IMG/VR virus record: IMGVR_UViG_3300023084_000003
Length of the DNA: 64,000 nucleotides
From: a virus
Reading direction: 5' to 3' (one strand)
Shown piece after piece: positions 10,569 to 20,035 of the stretch. The notes under the pieces are model-generated. The model was not told where the DNA came from. It was given only the letters and a program-made list of their open reading frames with translations, and did no database searches. Positions within the stretch are counted from its first letter, which is position 1. The number at the start of each line of letters is the position of its first letter. A program made the translations under genes and the position numbers.

Positions 10569-12193
10569 ACTGACGTACCTAGTTGTTTTTGTTCTAGTGC
10601 TTTAAATTCTTCAGACTTCCACATTCTTGTTGGGCCTTTATCAATATGAATAAATCCTTTATAACGGCCAAACCCTCTAAAACCTACTTCTTTTGCTAGA
10701 TCTACAAAATCATAAGCTTCTTCAGAAACTGGTGTGCTTTCTCTATTCCAACCAGCCCATGTAATATCAAAAGCCATTCCCTTAGTGTGCTGACCATTAA
10801 GTGTAGTAGTTTTACCAGCGTCATAAAGTTTTTTCTGATACTGCATACTTCTCCAACAGCTGTTTACGATAAGACGCTTACCGACTTTAGCCTGAAGTTT
10901 CATGAGCATAGCTTTTACTTCAGGATCAGTTTGTGTCCATCCAGCACTTCCAAGAGCCGCTACCCAACCACCTTGAATACCAATCTTAGGATGTTTATTA
11001 TCTTTAATTTCTTCCCAAGTTGGCACTCCTTCATACTCTTGAGTTGTTGGAGGCGGTACATTACCTTTTTGTTCAAATTTCTCTCTTGATTTATTTATTC
11101 TTTCTTTGCGTACCTCATCTTCTAATCTGATAGCTCCAGCTCTAATAGCCTCACCTTTTACTCGATCTGACACATTTTTTAGTGTATAAAACACTTCTTC
11201 GTAACGATTTGAAAAGTCGTTGAGTGGATCTTTTAGTTTATTAATCACACCTTCAATACCAGTAATCAAACCACAGATTTTTGCAATTAAAAGTTGTACC
11301 TCTTCAAGAGATGGGTTTTCGAAAACACTCATAGCATAATCAATTTGAGCTCTAAGTTTCTTACCAAGATTCTTAATATTTTCTTCATCAAAGAATTCTA
11401 ATATTTCGTGTTTAAGCTGAGTAATTCTTTTTACAATTTTGTCGTTGACAAATGTTTCGATTTGTCCCATAATATTCTCAACACTAAAGTTTTTAATAGC
11501 ATTCTCTACACGCTTTACGATTTTTTCAAATGCTTTTTCTACCTTTTCTTTAATAGCTTCAATAAGAGCTTTTACTTTAATTTTTTCAAATAATGCTTTA
11601 AGCTCATCTTCAACATTACGTATCTTTGCAAGGAATGTAAAGGCATCCTGAATCAAACCATCGATATCATCAAGTAGATCAAAAAAAGCATCGATAGCCG
11701 CAAATATATTCGGCATAAGTGCACAAAACTTTCCTAGAATACTATTCGAAGAAGACCCAGTATAATAATAGTTAAGCTCAGATACAATCTGCGCAGGCTT
11801 TGTATTATAAAGGTTTTCAATAGAGGTGGGTGTATGATTAAACTCTCTTAAATACTCAGCATATTCTAAAGGAGTAATAGGACCACGATTTAATCTATAT
11901 TCTAATACTTCATTATCATCTGCACCAATGTAAGTCTGCGCGATATCTCTTTTTAAGAAGTCAGTATTAAATTTAGAAAGAGAATCGTAAAAGTTTGGAA
12001 ATCTTTTTACAGATTGAATTAAAACATTTTCAGAAGTGTCCTCGATCATGCTTGCTCTGAAATTAGCTTCAATTTGATCAAGAGCGCTAATCGTAAGCTC
12101 ACCTCTACCGTTTACACCAGAAAGCTTCGTGGTTGTATCTACCTGTTGGCCAGGATTTAAACACTGTTCCATGCCACAACATTTACACGTCAT
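10565..12193 (-). CDS. Coiled-coil protein with C-terminal M15 (D-Ala-D-Ala/peptidoglycan) Zn peptidase domain
   Basis: C-terminal NSCWRS...QHTKGMAFDI...GFGRYKGFIHID matches the M15 H/D/H Zn ligands; long helical N-terminal region. Confidence 0.75.
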   Translation of the reverse strand: MTCKCCGMEQCLNPGQQVDTTTKLSGVNGRGELTISALDQIEANFRASMIEDTSENVLIQSVKRFPNFYDSLSKFNTDFLKRDIAQTYIGADDNEVLEYRLNRGPITPLEYAEYLREFNHTPTSIENLYNTKPAQIVSELNYYYTGSSSNSILGKFCALMPNIFAAIDAFFDLLDDIDGLIQDAFTFLAKIRNVEDELKALFEKIKVKALIEAIKEKVEKAFEKIVKRVENAIKNFSVENIMGQIETFVNDKIVKRITQLKHEILEFFDEENIKNLGKKLRAQIDYAMSVFENPSLEEVQLLIAKICGLITGIEGVINKLKDPLNDFSNRYEEVFYTLKNVSDRVKGEAIRAGAIRLEDEVRKERINKSREKFEQKGNVPPPTTQEYEGVPTWEEIKDNKHPKIGIQGGWVAALGSAGWTQTDPEVKAMLMKLQAKVGKRLIVNSCWRSMQYQKKLYDAGKTTTLNGQHTKGMAFDITWAGWNRESTPVSEEAYDFVDLAKEVGFRGFGRYKGFIHIDKGPTRMWKSEEFKALEQKQLGTSV

Positions 12194-14252
12194 AGGAACC
12201 TCCAGTTTCAGGTTTAGAAGTTACGGTAGTAGATGCTTTCTCATAGTTACTTTTAATCTCATCAAGCACTTTCTCAAATTCTCCAACAGTAATCTTAGCA
12301 TTATTCTTCACCAGTTTACCATCAGCATAAATTGGCTTAGAGTATCTGCTTTGACCAGCCTTTGGACCGTTTACAATTGGAAGTGAAGCCCACTCTGCAG
12401 CAAGATTATTTGCAAAGGTTGTTCTAGATATCTTACCGCTGAGATATCCGTCAAGACCGCGGAATCTAAGTAATTCTACAGCCATCTTATCTTGGTTAAT
12501 CGGACTAAATTTATCACCCAATCCTAGACCTGCTTTTGCATATAGTGGATCGCCCGGAGGTGGCGGATCATTGTCATCGTTGTCATATCCACGGAGAGTA
12601 TCTTCCATGATTTGATATCTGCCCATAGCCTCTGAACCTGAAGCGTTATCAACAGATTCTTGATATTGAAGAACCTGTCCAATAGTCATAGTTGTGATTG
12701 GTCTAGATGGGCGCAATGCTCGATCAATTAGTCCTGATACAGCATTATATCCACCATCCTGATCTCCTTCAAATCTTGCAATAAGATTTAGAAGAGGAGT
12801 CAAACTACTTTGCATTGCTGCCGTTGCAGGAGTAGTTGATGCAAGAGTTTCTGTGGTGGATACTGTTTCACCAGAATGGTCAGGTGAAGATGCACCGGCA
12901 CTACCACGAGATCCGGTGTCTTTATTTGTTTGTAGGTTAACGCCTTTCTCAGGAGGCTCTGGAGCTTTAACGGGCTGTGCCTTGGTATCCATACCACCAG
13001 GTCTCGTGACATCCTGCGCGTCTCTAGCAGGATCTGCACTGCCCTCAGCCATGCGAACAAAGTCGTCAATAAATGTTGTAGTACCACGAACCATCACATA
13101 ACCATCAGAACTGACTCTTAACTCAGCATCTCCTTTGAGATCAAATGAGTCTGTACCTTGGAATCTTACGTCAGCACCTTTGATCTTAAAGTCTTCTGCT
13201 GAATCCATAGCAAATAATTTATCAGAATGCCAAAGCATTTCTTCTGACGCAGTACCAAATATTTTTGGTGCCTGAATACCGATACCTTGTCCGGCTTCTA
13301 TCTGGGTTTCTTTCTTCGAAAGAAAAGACATGTAGCCAGCATTAGCTTCTACCTTTACCTGTCCTGCTCTCATCTGTAGGTTTTCAGATCCATTGATAAT
13401 TGTTTCAGGTCCGCCTACACCGAGATAATAATTACCATGTACAATTTGTTTTAGATCTCCTTGGATCTCTTCTACTTTATGGCCTTTTACGTAGACATGT
13501 GCATCACCATTAATTGTAACAGTACTTGCATTACCAACTAATACGTGCTGTTTTCTATCAATGACTTCATATTTGTCTGATCTTGATTTTTCTGTAACAG
13601 TACCACGAGAATCGATCTGTACATAAGAACCTTCCTTATGCCAGACAGTAATTCTTTCTGAGCCGGGAGTATCATCAAGCTCAATAGTATGCACACCACT
13701 TTCGATTACTTTATTATGTGGATATTCAGTATCATATGCTGGTGCGGGTTCATCCCATGTTTCGTCTGAATCTGCTACCTTAACATTTAAGGCTCTACCC
13801 ATCTCCCATTCAACAAGATTTGTTTCGTGTAAATATTCACCACGGGCTAGTTTAGAAACGTCGTGTTGCCCGATACTTTCTGGCTCAGATCCTTTAGCAA
13901 GAAGGTGGGCGTCTTTTGGTGGAATAGTTCCCCAGCCATTTTTTTCTGGATCAATACCATCAAGATTCTGAGTTGGAATTGTACCAATAATCATAGGTTG
14001 CTGAGCATGTCTTCCGTCTAGGAATAAACCAAACACCCATTTATTTGTCTTTGCGCCGTGGAAAACGTTTGCGTCATAAGCACCTGAAACAAGAACAGCC
14101 CAAGGCAACTCATCGTCAGGTATATCTTTATTTGTTCCATGTATACCGAACGCACGTACCTGCACACGCCCTTCTTTACGAGGGTCGACTGTGTTTGCAA
14201 TAACACCCACAAACCACAATGGGTCGCGTATTCCTATACCGTAATCAGGCAT
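12183..14252 (-). CDS. gp5: Baseplate hub spike gp5 with C-terminal lysozyme-like domain
   Basis: N-terminal OB fold (WFVGVIANTVDPRKEGRVQVRAFGIH), EYPHNKVIESGVHTIELDDTPGSER, beta-helix repeats, then ARFEG..GYN..AMGRYQI..QDKMA muramidase-like domain; likely start MPDYG at 14252. Confidence 0.88.
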   Translation of the reverse strand: MPDYGIGIRDPLWFVGVIANTVDPRKEGRVQVRAFGIHGTNKDIPDDELPWAVLVSGAYDANVFHGAKTNKWVFGLFLDGRHAQQPMIIGTIPTQNLDGIDPEKNGWGTIPPKDAHLLAKGSEPESIGQHDVSKLARGEYLHETNLVEWEMGRALNVKVADSDETWDEPAPAYDTEYPHNKVIESGVHTIELDDTPGSERITVWHKEGSYVQIDSRGTVTEKSRSDKYEVIDRKQHVLVGNASTVTINGDAHVYVKGHKVEEIQGDLKQIVHGNYYLGVGGPETIINGSENLQMRAGQVKVEANAGYMSFLSKKETQIEAGQGIGIQAPKIFGTASEEMLWHSDKLFAMDSAEDFKIKGADVRFQGTDSFDLKGDAELRVSSDGYVMVRGTTTFIDDFVRMAEGSADPARDAQDVTRPGGMDTKAQPVKAPEPPEKGVNLQTNKDTGSRGSAGASSPDHSGETVSTTETLASTTPATAAMQSSLTPLLNLIARFEGDQDGGYNAVSGLIDRALRPSRPITTMTIGQVLQYQESVDNASGSEAMGRYQIMEDTLRGYDNDDNDPPPPGDPLYAKAGLGLGDKFSPINQDKMAVELLRFRGLDGYLSGKISRTTFANNLAAEWASLPIVNGPKAGQSRYSKPIYADGKLVKNNAKITVGEFEKVLDEIKSNYEKASTTVTSKPETGGSYDV

Positions 14253-15657
14253 TTCCTTGATCCGTTCTACTATCAGTTGCAGACCAATCAAACTTTACCA
14301 GAAGAAGAGAAGTTGTAAGTTCTCCATGTTTCATCTGATGACTTGTGGTCTTAATCATATATTTACCACCAAGAGTATCATTTCTTTTTGAGTCAACATT
14401 CAACTGAGCAATATCTAATTGAATGATTTCACCAGGACGTAAATCCAATCTACCCTTAAGTGCAGCTTTTACTTGTACATTATTTAAGTGGTGATAATAA
14501 GAAACTCTGTTCTGCGTAATCGTAGGAACAAATCTTTCTGCTCTAATATTAGATTTAATATCACCAACGCTTTGGTAATCTTTATATACTACAAAATGTC
14601 TTGCATTTTCTTCAGTAAAAGTTTCATCTCTAAAAGCTTGTGTATGTGGCTGAGCATCAGGGCGGCTTTGACGGGCTTGGTTACCGCTGAAGTCCATATA
14701 ATCGGCGTCTTCATCATAATTAAAATTATAGTCTGTAACTTGTTTTCTTACAATGTCAATCTCTGTTACTCTGCTTCTATAAGCTCCTGAAAAAATATCG
14801 GTGGCCGTATCCAAACCTTTATTTACAACTTGTAGTTGCTCAATTCTTTCGAGTTGAGCTAAAGGTCTATTTGGATCCATACTACCAACAGGACCGTAAT
14901 ATAAATGCTTAATTTTCCCAGCATTATGTTTATGAATAAAGAACTCGTCTGTTACCCAATAATAAGATTCGAGAGTCTCAAAGAATCTATATGTACATGA
15001 AGGAACATTTGTATTGAATCCCATGCTTGCAAGTAAATTCATTGTGTAAGCTGGTGTATAACGTGGTATAGTTAAACCAGTTGCCGAAAAAGTATCCTGA
15101 AGATAAAACTTTCTTTGTCCAAAATCTTCTTCAACAATGGTAGATTCTGTAAGGTCGTATCTCTTCGCAGATCTCATTGTAAAATCTTGGCCATACAGTT
15201 GATCTATTTCAGTTTCACCGCCTACCTTTGCGTAATAAGTTTGAAATACTCTTTTTGCAATCTCGTGTATTTGCCCATTGTAGGCTTTGATTACTTTTCT
15301 TTTGTTGGCATTAAAAGTTTCTTTAGAAACAAAGTGCATTTTATATACAGCACCGTCTGTATTTTCCATAGGTGTAATGTCACTTATACGGATCACTCTT
15401 GTTTCTAAAACAACCTTATACGGCATATCAGAAGAAATAATTGTCATAAGCAATGTTTCTTCTGCGCGCAACGGCAAATTCTCAAGAAGACCAACCGTCT
15501 CCTCGATCTCTAAAAATCCCTGATACTGATGAGCTTCCATGCTCTGCGAAATCTCAAAGCCGGTAATAAACTGAGCAATATCCTCTACGCGTTTGGGATC
15601 AAACTCGTTTACAATCTGGCAGGATACGACTTCGCATTGGGATAGATTACGTGACAT
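14245..15657 (-). CDS. Baseplate hub protein (gp27-like)
   Basis: N-terminal EIS.SM...GFLEIEETVGLLENLPLRAEE and C-terminal LKGRLDLRPGEII..GGKYMIK; lies between gp53 and gp5. Confidence 0.6.
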   Translation of the reverse strand: MSRNLSQCEVVSCQIVNEFDPKRVEDIAQFITGFEISQSMEAHQYQGFLEIEETVGLLENLPLRAEETLLMTIISSDMPYKVVLETRVIRISDITPMENTDGAVYKMHFVSKETFNANKRKVIKAYNGQIHEIAKRVFQTYYAKVGGETEIDQLYGQDFTMRSAKRYDLTESTIVEEDFGQRKFYLQDTFSATGLTIPRYTPAYTMNLLASMGFNTNVPSCTYRFFETLESYYWVTDEFFIHKHNAGKIKHLYYGPVGSMDPNRPLAQLERIEQLQVVNKGLDTATDIFSGAYRSRVTEIDIVRKQVTDYNFNYDEDADYMDFSGNQARQSRPDAQPHTQAFRDETFTEENARHFVVYKDYQSVGDIKSNIRAERFVPTITQNRVSYYHHLNNVQVKAALKGRLDLRPGEIIQLDIAQLNVDSKRNDTLGGKYMIKTTSHQMKHGELTTSLLLVKFDWSATDSRTDQGNA

Positions 15658-15914
15658 CAGTTATTTCTTAGTTTTCTAATAAATTCTTGTTCTATACGTG
15701 GCAAATATTCTCTATCAATTAAGAATATCTCTTTCTTATTTTCATTCAACGCATATTCTTCGTCATAAATCTTCCAAGGTTTCCACTCGTCTGGAATAAT
15801 TCGTTTGATAATAATCTTACGACCTGTTTCAGTACGCAAGATAACGCGATCTTCTTTACGAAGATAAATCGTTCGGAAAGATTCTGGCGCTAGTTTGACA
15901 ATTTCTACTGCCAT
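15657..15914 (-). CDS. gp53 C-terminal half, separately encoded
   Basis: YDEEYALNENKKEIFLIDREYLPRIEQEF resembles the gp53 C-terminus; same frame as the upstream ORF after TAG TAG; own GAGGT Shine-Dalgarno. Confidence 0.65.
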   Translation of the reverse strand: MAVEIVKLAPESFRTIYLRKEDRVILRTETGRKIIIKRIIPDEWKPWKIYDEEYALNENKKEIFLIDREYLPRIEQEFIRKLRNN

Positions 15915-15917
15915 CTA

Positions 15918-16292
15918 CTATACCTCTTTGTAATAATATATAATATTCTCGTCATTATCGTCTTTAGTCCAGTCGATAATGTCCTCACCTGTGAGTCCCG
16001 ATGCTTCACCGTATTTGTCAATTAAAAATAAATTGAACTCGTGATTTGATTTAGGCCATTCGTGATATGGATCTGTAATATTGTTAGCCATATAAACTAG
16101 CCATTCATAATCTACAGAGCCATAATACCACTCTGCGATATCCTGTGCTCTTTCACCTTCCTTAACAGTGTAAGGCATATAAAGAAGTGGATTGTTTGTA
16201 ACTTCTTTTGTAAACGTATTGCGGCGAGTGATGTCTTTAACTTTAACACCTTGGTACTCAATTTCTGGAAATTTTTCAAAATATCTTGTCAT
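15918..16292 (-). CDS. gp53: Baseplate wedge gp53, N-terminal half (LysM-like)
   Basis: YFEKFPEIEY..YTVKEGERAQDIAEWYYGSVDYEWLVYMANNITDPYHEWP. Confidence 0.85.
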   Translation of the reverse strand: MTRYFEKFPEIEYQGVKVKDITRRNTFTKEVTNNPLLYMPYTVKEGERAQDIAEWYYGSVDYEWLVYMANNITDPYHEWPKSNHEFNLFLIDKYGEASGLTGEDIIDWTKDDNDENIIYYYKEV

Positions 16293-17380
16293 GCCACCGT
16301 CGTCCCATTATTGTTACCCTGATTTGTTTCAGCAGGAGGGGGTACTGACTTTGCAGTCTTAGGTGGAGGAGTAGCAATACCATAATCGTGTGCTGTCTCA
16401 ACCTCAAGCTCTGATAACTGTATACCAAGTCCTACCGCTGCTGGTTTACCACCTCTCATAATCGATACGCCACCTGTAGGTCCGTAATCAACTGTAATGT
16501 TTTGAATCATAGCTGGTTTAAATTTCATAAAATGTTCACCATTTACACCAAGCAAATAAATGTTTACTGTAGATGGATATCTTAAAAATGCTGAATTGAT
16601 TCCAAATAGATTTGCTGTTTGTGGTAAAGAGTGCTGTTTCAGGTGATAAACAATATTCTTAATTATCTCTGAATCTCTTGTGTTATTTGGAAATAGCTCC
16701 CAGTTAAACTGGTGCTGTCTTAGATTTACACCTTCAAATGTAAGGGTTTCACGAGGGTTCAGAACCTGTCCAGTAGCATTGTTTACTGCACGAGCATAGT
16801 CACCCGGCAATGCTTTTCTTAATAGGTATTGAGCACCAGTTACGACGTCAGCAATATCTGTACCCATAGCATTTTTAAGTGCACCTTGAAGCTGAGCCAT
16901 TGCGCCACCGCCACCCGACGTGCCACCACCTCCAAGCATACTTCCAACCGCAGCGCCCATACCTTGTAGAATTTTTGGAAGATCTCCAATAGTTTGGCCA
17001 TTACCACCAGACTGAATATAGTTGTTTACTCTTGTAGCAATTTGTTCTACAAAAGGATCTCTCTCAAAGTTATTTACTCTGAGGCTCGTTTGGTCTGTAA
17101 GCTGCTTTGGAAAAGGTAACTCGATTGATGTTGTAGTTTTAAGTGTTGCTGCAACAGTTCTACCAAACTGATCTTCCGGTGCTTCAAGAAGTCCACGCGC
17201 GGTTCCCACAGAATCTCCGTCTCCAAATAAAGATTTGAAGTCGTATTGTTTGAACACCATAAGAATCTTATGCGGTTGGCCGTCTGAAGGAAAGCTAAAA
17301 AATTTTGGAGCTTTATCTTCTTCTTTTTTAGTTCTTAGTATTTCCGGTGGGGTAAATTTTTTACCGATTGAGCCGATCAT
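16289..17380 (-). CDS. gp48: Baseplate tail-tube cap gp48
   Basis: GQVLNPRETLTFEGVNLRQHQFNWELFPNN..FLRYPS..IQNITVDYGP. Confidence 0.85.
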   Translation of the reverse strand: MIGSIGKKFTPPEILRTKKEEDKAPKFFSFPSDGQPHKILMVFKQYDFKSLFGDGDSVGTARGLLEAPEDQFGRTVAATLKTTTSIELPFPKQLTDQTSLRVNNFERDPFVEQIATRVNNYIQSGGNGQTIGDLPKILQGMGAAVGSMLGGGGTSGGGGAMAQLQGALKNAMGTDIADVVTGAQYLLRKALPGDYARAVNNATGQVLNPRETLTFEGVNLRQHQFNWELFPNNTRDSEIIKNIVYHLKQHSLPQTANLFGINSAFLRYPSTVNIYLLGVNGEHFMKFKPAMIQNITVDYGPTGGVSIMRGGKPAAVGLGIQLSELEVETAHDYGIATPPPKTAKSVPPPAETNQGNNNGTTVA

Positions 17381-17398
17381 TAAACTGCCGCCTTTTTA

Positions 17399-17406
17399 TA
17401 TAAATA
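17399..17406 (+). promoter_or_regulatory. T4-type late promoter (gp4 operon)
   Basis: TATAAATA upstream of the ATG at 17435. Confidence 0.7.
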
Positions 17407-17419
17407 GGTTATTATGATC

Positions 17420-17427
17420 TATTTATA
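17420..17427 (-). promoter_or_regulatory. T4-type late promoter (gp48 operon)
   Basis: TATAAATA on the minus strand upstream of gp48. Confidence 0.7.
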
Positions 17428-17434
17428 CTGAGAA

Positions 17435-17902
17435 ATGAGGCGGCACGTGGCGTATGGTGGAAGGTTTAGACCAAAGAACCCCGTAAAATATAAAGGTGAT
17501 CCAACAAAAATTTATTATAGATCTATGTGGGAGTTCAAATTCTTTCGTTATGTTGATGAACACCCGCATGTTTTATGGTGGGCTAGTGAGGAATATGTAA
17601 TTCCATACTATTCACCAATTGACGGTAAGAGGCATCGGTATTTTCCTGATGTTGTTGTTTGTAAAAAAGGACCGGATGGAACTAAATCTACTATGATGAT
17701 TGAGATCAAACCAAAAGGACAAACAAGACCGCCGGATAGATCTAAAATGAAAACGGCTAAGGGCAACTTATCAAGGCGATATATTAACGAGGTGAAAACG
17801 TACGGTATCAATGAAGCAAAGTGGAAAGCAGCTCGAGCGTGGTGTGCACAACGTGGATGGACATTCCACATATATACTGAGGACCAATTAGGAATCAAAT
17901 AA
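17435..17902 (+). CDS. gp4: Head completion nuclease gp4
   Basis: FRPKNPVKYKGDPTKIYYRSMWE..WASEE..HRYFPD..IEIKP..NEAKWKAA. Confidence 0.92.
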   Translation: MRRHVAYGGRFRPKNPVKYKGDPTKIYYRSMWEFKFFRYVDEHPHVLWWASEEYVIPYYSPIDGKRHRYFPDVVVCKKGPDGTKSTMMIEIKPKGQTRPPDRSKMKTAKGNLSRRYINEVKTYGINEAKWKAARAWCAQRGWTFHIYTEDQLGIK

Positions 17903-18528
17903 TGGCTGAGATATTTAGCAATATTCTATCACAAGGTATTAGAGCGGGTCAGATGCCTGCTCGTACAGCACAGGCTCGTGAATGGTATAGAGACCAAGCA
18001 AAAGAAGTTACTCGGTCATCTCGTAACAGAACTCGTGCCGATCAATTAATAAGAGAGATTCGTAGAGATGGCGATAGACCACAGCGCAGTCAATTTAGAC
18101 TAGGCGACATGTATCTTTTTACCTATGATCCAAAGCATAAAGACAAGCTTCCGTACTACGATAGGTTTCCTCTTATTTTTCCAATAAATAAAGCTAAGGG
18201 TGGATTTCTAGGTATTAATATGCACTACCTACCGCCAGTATTAAGAGCAAAGTTAATGGATCAGTTGTATACTGTTACGACAAATAAACGTTTTGATGAG
18301 ACTACAAGATTGAGATTGTCATATGATATTTTGAACGGTGCGGCTAAGTTTAGAGAGTTTAAGCCGACAATCAAACATTATCTCAATGCTCATGTGAGAA
18401 CAAAGCCAGCTTACATTTATCCAAGTGAGTGGGATGTTGCATTGTTCTTACCAACACAGAAATTTGTCGGTGCAAATGCTACTCAAGTTTATGCCGACTC
18501 TAGAAGAATTATAAGGGCATCACGATAA
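17902..18528 (+). CDS. gp2: DNA end protector gp2
   Basis: MYLFTYDPKHKDKLPYYDRFPLIF..GFLGINMHYLPP..KHYL..ALFLP. Confidence 0.92.
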   Translation: MAEIFSNILSQGIRAGQMPARTAQAREWYRDQAKEVTRSSRNRTRADQLIREIRRDGDRPQRSQFRLGDMYLFTYDPKHKDKLPYYDRFPLIFPINKAKGGFLGINMHYLPPVLRAKLMDQLYTVTTNKRFDETTRLRLSYDILNGAAKFREFKPTIKHYLNAHVRTKPAYIYPSEWDVALFLPTQKFVGANATQVYADSRRIIRASR

Positions 18529-19319
18529 TGGCATTTAACTTATCACAATTCAAATCCCAGATGGACTGGTTCGGTGGACCAGATCGTGCCTCTTTATTTG
18601 AAGTTGAGCTCAGTGGCTTACCTTTAACTAAATCGAGAGCGGGTTCATATGACCTTAAATTTTTCTGTAAAAACGTAGCCATACCGGGCATGATCTTTAA
18701 CCCTGCTCAGTATGAAGCCGTGGGTCAGATGCGTAAGGTCTATCCTATGGGATTCAACCCAGAACCAGTACAAGCAATCTTTTTACTTGATGCTGATAAA
18801 CAAGTACTTACATTCTTTCATGGCTGGGCTCAGAGTATGGTAAACTTTAGTACCGCGGGTGGAGCATTCTCTGCGGTTGACGGTACAAAACCATTTGAAA
18901 TTAATTATCGTGATGATTACGCATGTCGAATGGTTATCAAACATTATAGTGCAAACTATTTGCAAACCGGACAATACTATGAGGTAATTCTAGATAAAGC
19001 GTTCCCAATTCAAATGGGTGATGTGGATCTTGCATGGGAGAATGGTGACAGTTTTGTTGTTCTACCAGTAAGTATTCAATATGATAGAATCGAGTTCTCA
19101 GGTGAAAGATATGGTTATCCTATAGGCGGGGATGGAAACAGCCTACTTAAATTACTTACAGCAGCCGGTAGAATCAACGACATTATGGGCGGTGGTATTC
19201 TTCCAACTGATGTACAAGATGCAGTTAATAAACTCACTGGAATTAACAGCGAATTTGATAATATTTCTAGCAAAGGTCGAAGTCTCGCAAACCAGGTGGG
19301 TAGATTCTTAGGTGGATGA
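18528..19319 (+). CDS. gp54: Tail tube initiator (gp54/gp19-like)
   Basis: LFEVEL..FFCKNVAIPG..FFHGW..AFPIQMGDVDLAWE tube-protein pattern. Confidence 0.7.
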   Translation: MAFNLSQFKSQMDWFGGPDRASLFEVELSGLPLTKSRAGSYDLKFFCKNVAIPGMIFNPAQYEAVGQMRKVYPMGFNPEPVQAIFLLDADKQVLTFFHGWAQSMVNFSTAGGAFSAVDGTKPFEINYRDDYACRMVIKHYSANYLQTGQYYEVILDKAFPIQMGDVDLAWENGDSFVVLPVSIQYDRIEFSGERYGYPIGGDGNSLLKLLTAAGRINDIMGGGILPTDVQDAVNKLTGINSEFDNISSKGRSLANQVGRFLGG

Positions 19320-19336
19320 ACAGGAGAAATTAAATT

Positions 19337-20035
19337 ATGCTACCAAAAATTGATCTTCCTATTTTTGAAACAACCTTGCCATCAACAGGTGAGAAAGTCA
19401 AATATAGAGTGTTTACAGTAAAAGAAGAAAAAATTCTTCTTGTTGCTTCTGAAAGCGAAGACCCAGAACAAAACGTCTTAGCAATCAAGCAAGTTTTAAA
19501 TAATTGTTTAATTGATACAGATGCTAGCAAACTAGCTATGTTTGATATGGAATATATGCTTCTACTTATCAGAGCAAGATCAGTAGAAAACGGTGTTAAG
19601 TTTAGCATAGTAGATCCAGACACAAACGAGCAAGTAGATTTGGAATTAGATTTAGATGAGGTAAAGGTTACCAAAGATCCTAATCATACTAATCAAGTTC
19701 CTATTAACGATGACTATGTTCTATTTCTAAGATACCCTACAATAGATGAGTTCATTAAAATCGCTAGTATCGATCCTTCAGATCCTTTAGCGAACTATGT
19801 AATTATGATTTCTTGTTTAGATAAAGTCGCTTCTGAGGACGAAGTCTTTGAATTCCATAAGTATACTCAAAAAGAAATTGATGAGTTTATGGAGGGAATA
19901 TCGGCACCGGTTGTAAAAGGAATTCAAAATTTCTTCGACACCATGCCAAAGCTACGTCATGAAGTATCTTATAAGAATAGTAACGGAGATGAGAAAACTT
20001 TTGTTATTGAAGGAATTAACTCTTTTTTTTCCTAG
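19337..20035 (+). CDS. gp26: Baseplate hub assembly chaperone gp26
   Basis: MLPKIDLPIFETTLPSTGEKVKYRVFTVKEEKILL..LAMFDMEYMLLLIRARSV..FFDTMPKL. Confidence 0.9.
   Translation: MLPKIDLPIFETTLPSTGEKVKYRVFTVKEEKILLVASESEDPEQNVLAIKQVLNNCLIDTDASKLAMFDMEYMLLLIRARSVENGVKFSIVDPDTNEQVDLELDLDEVKVTKDPNHTNQVPINDDYVLFLRYPTIDEFIKIASIDPSDPLANYVIMISCLDKVASEDEVFEFHKYTQKEIDEFMEGISAPVVKGIQNFFDTMPKLRHEVSYKNSNGDEKTFVIEGINSFFS

Noticed and set aside
15915-15920. Amber (TAG) recoding suggested by the in-frame TAG TAG in gp53
   Set aside because: TAG is the normal stop of other conserved genes here (S8 protease, gp26, tape measure), and long conserved ORFs are not interrupted by TAG
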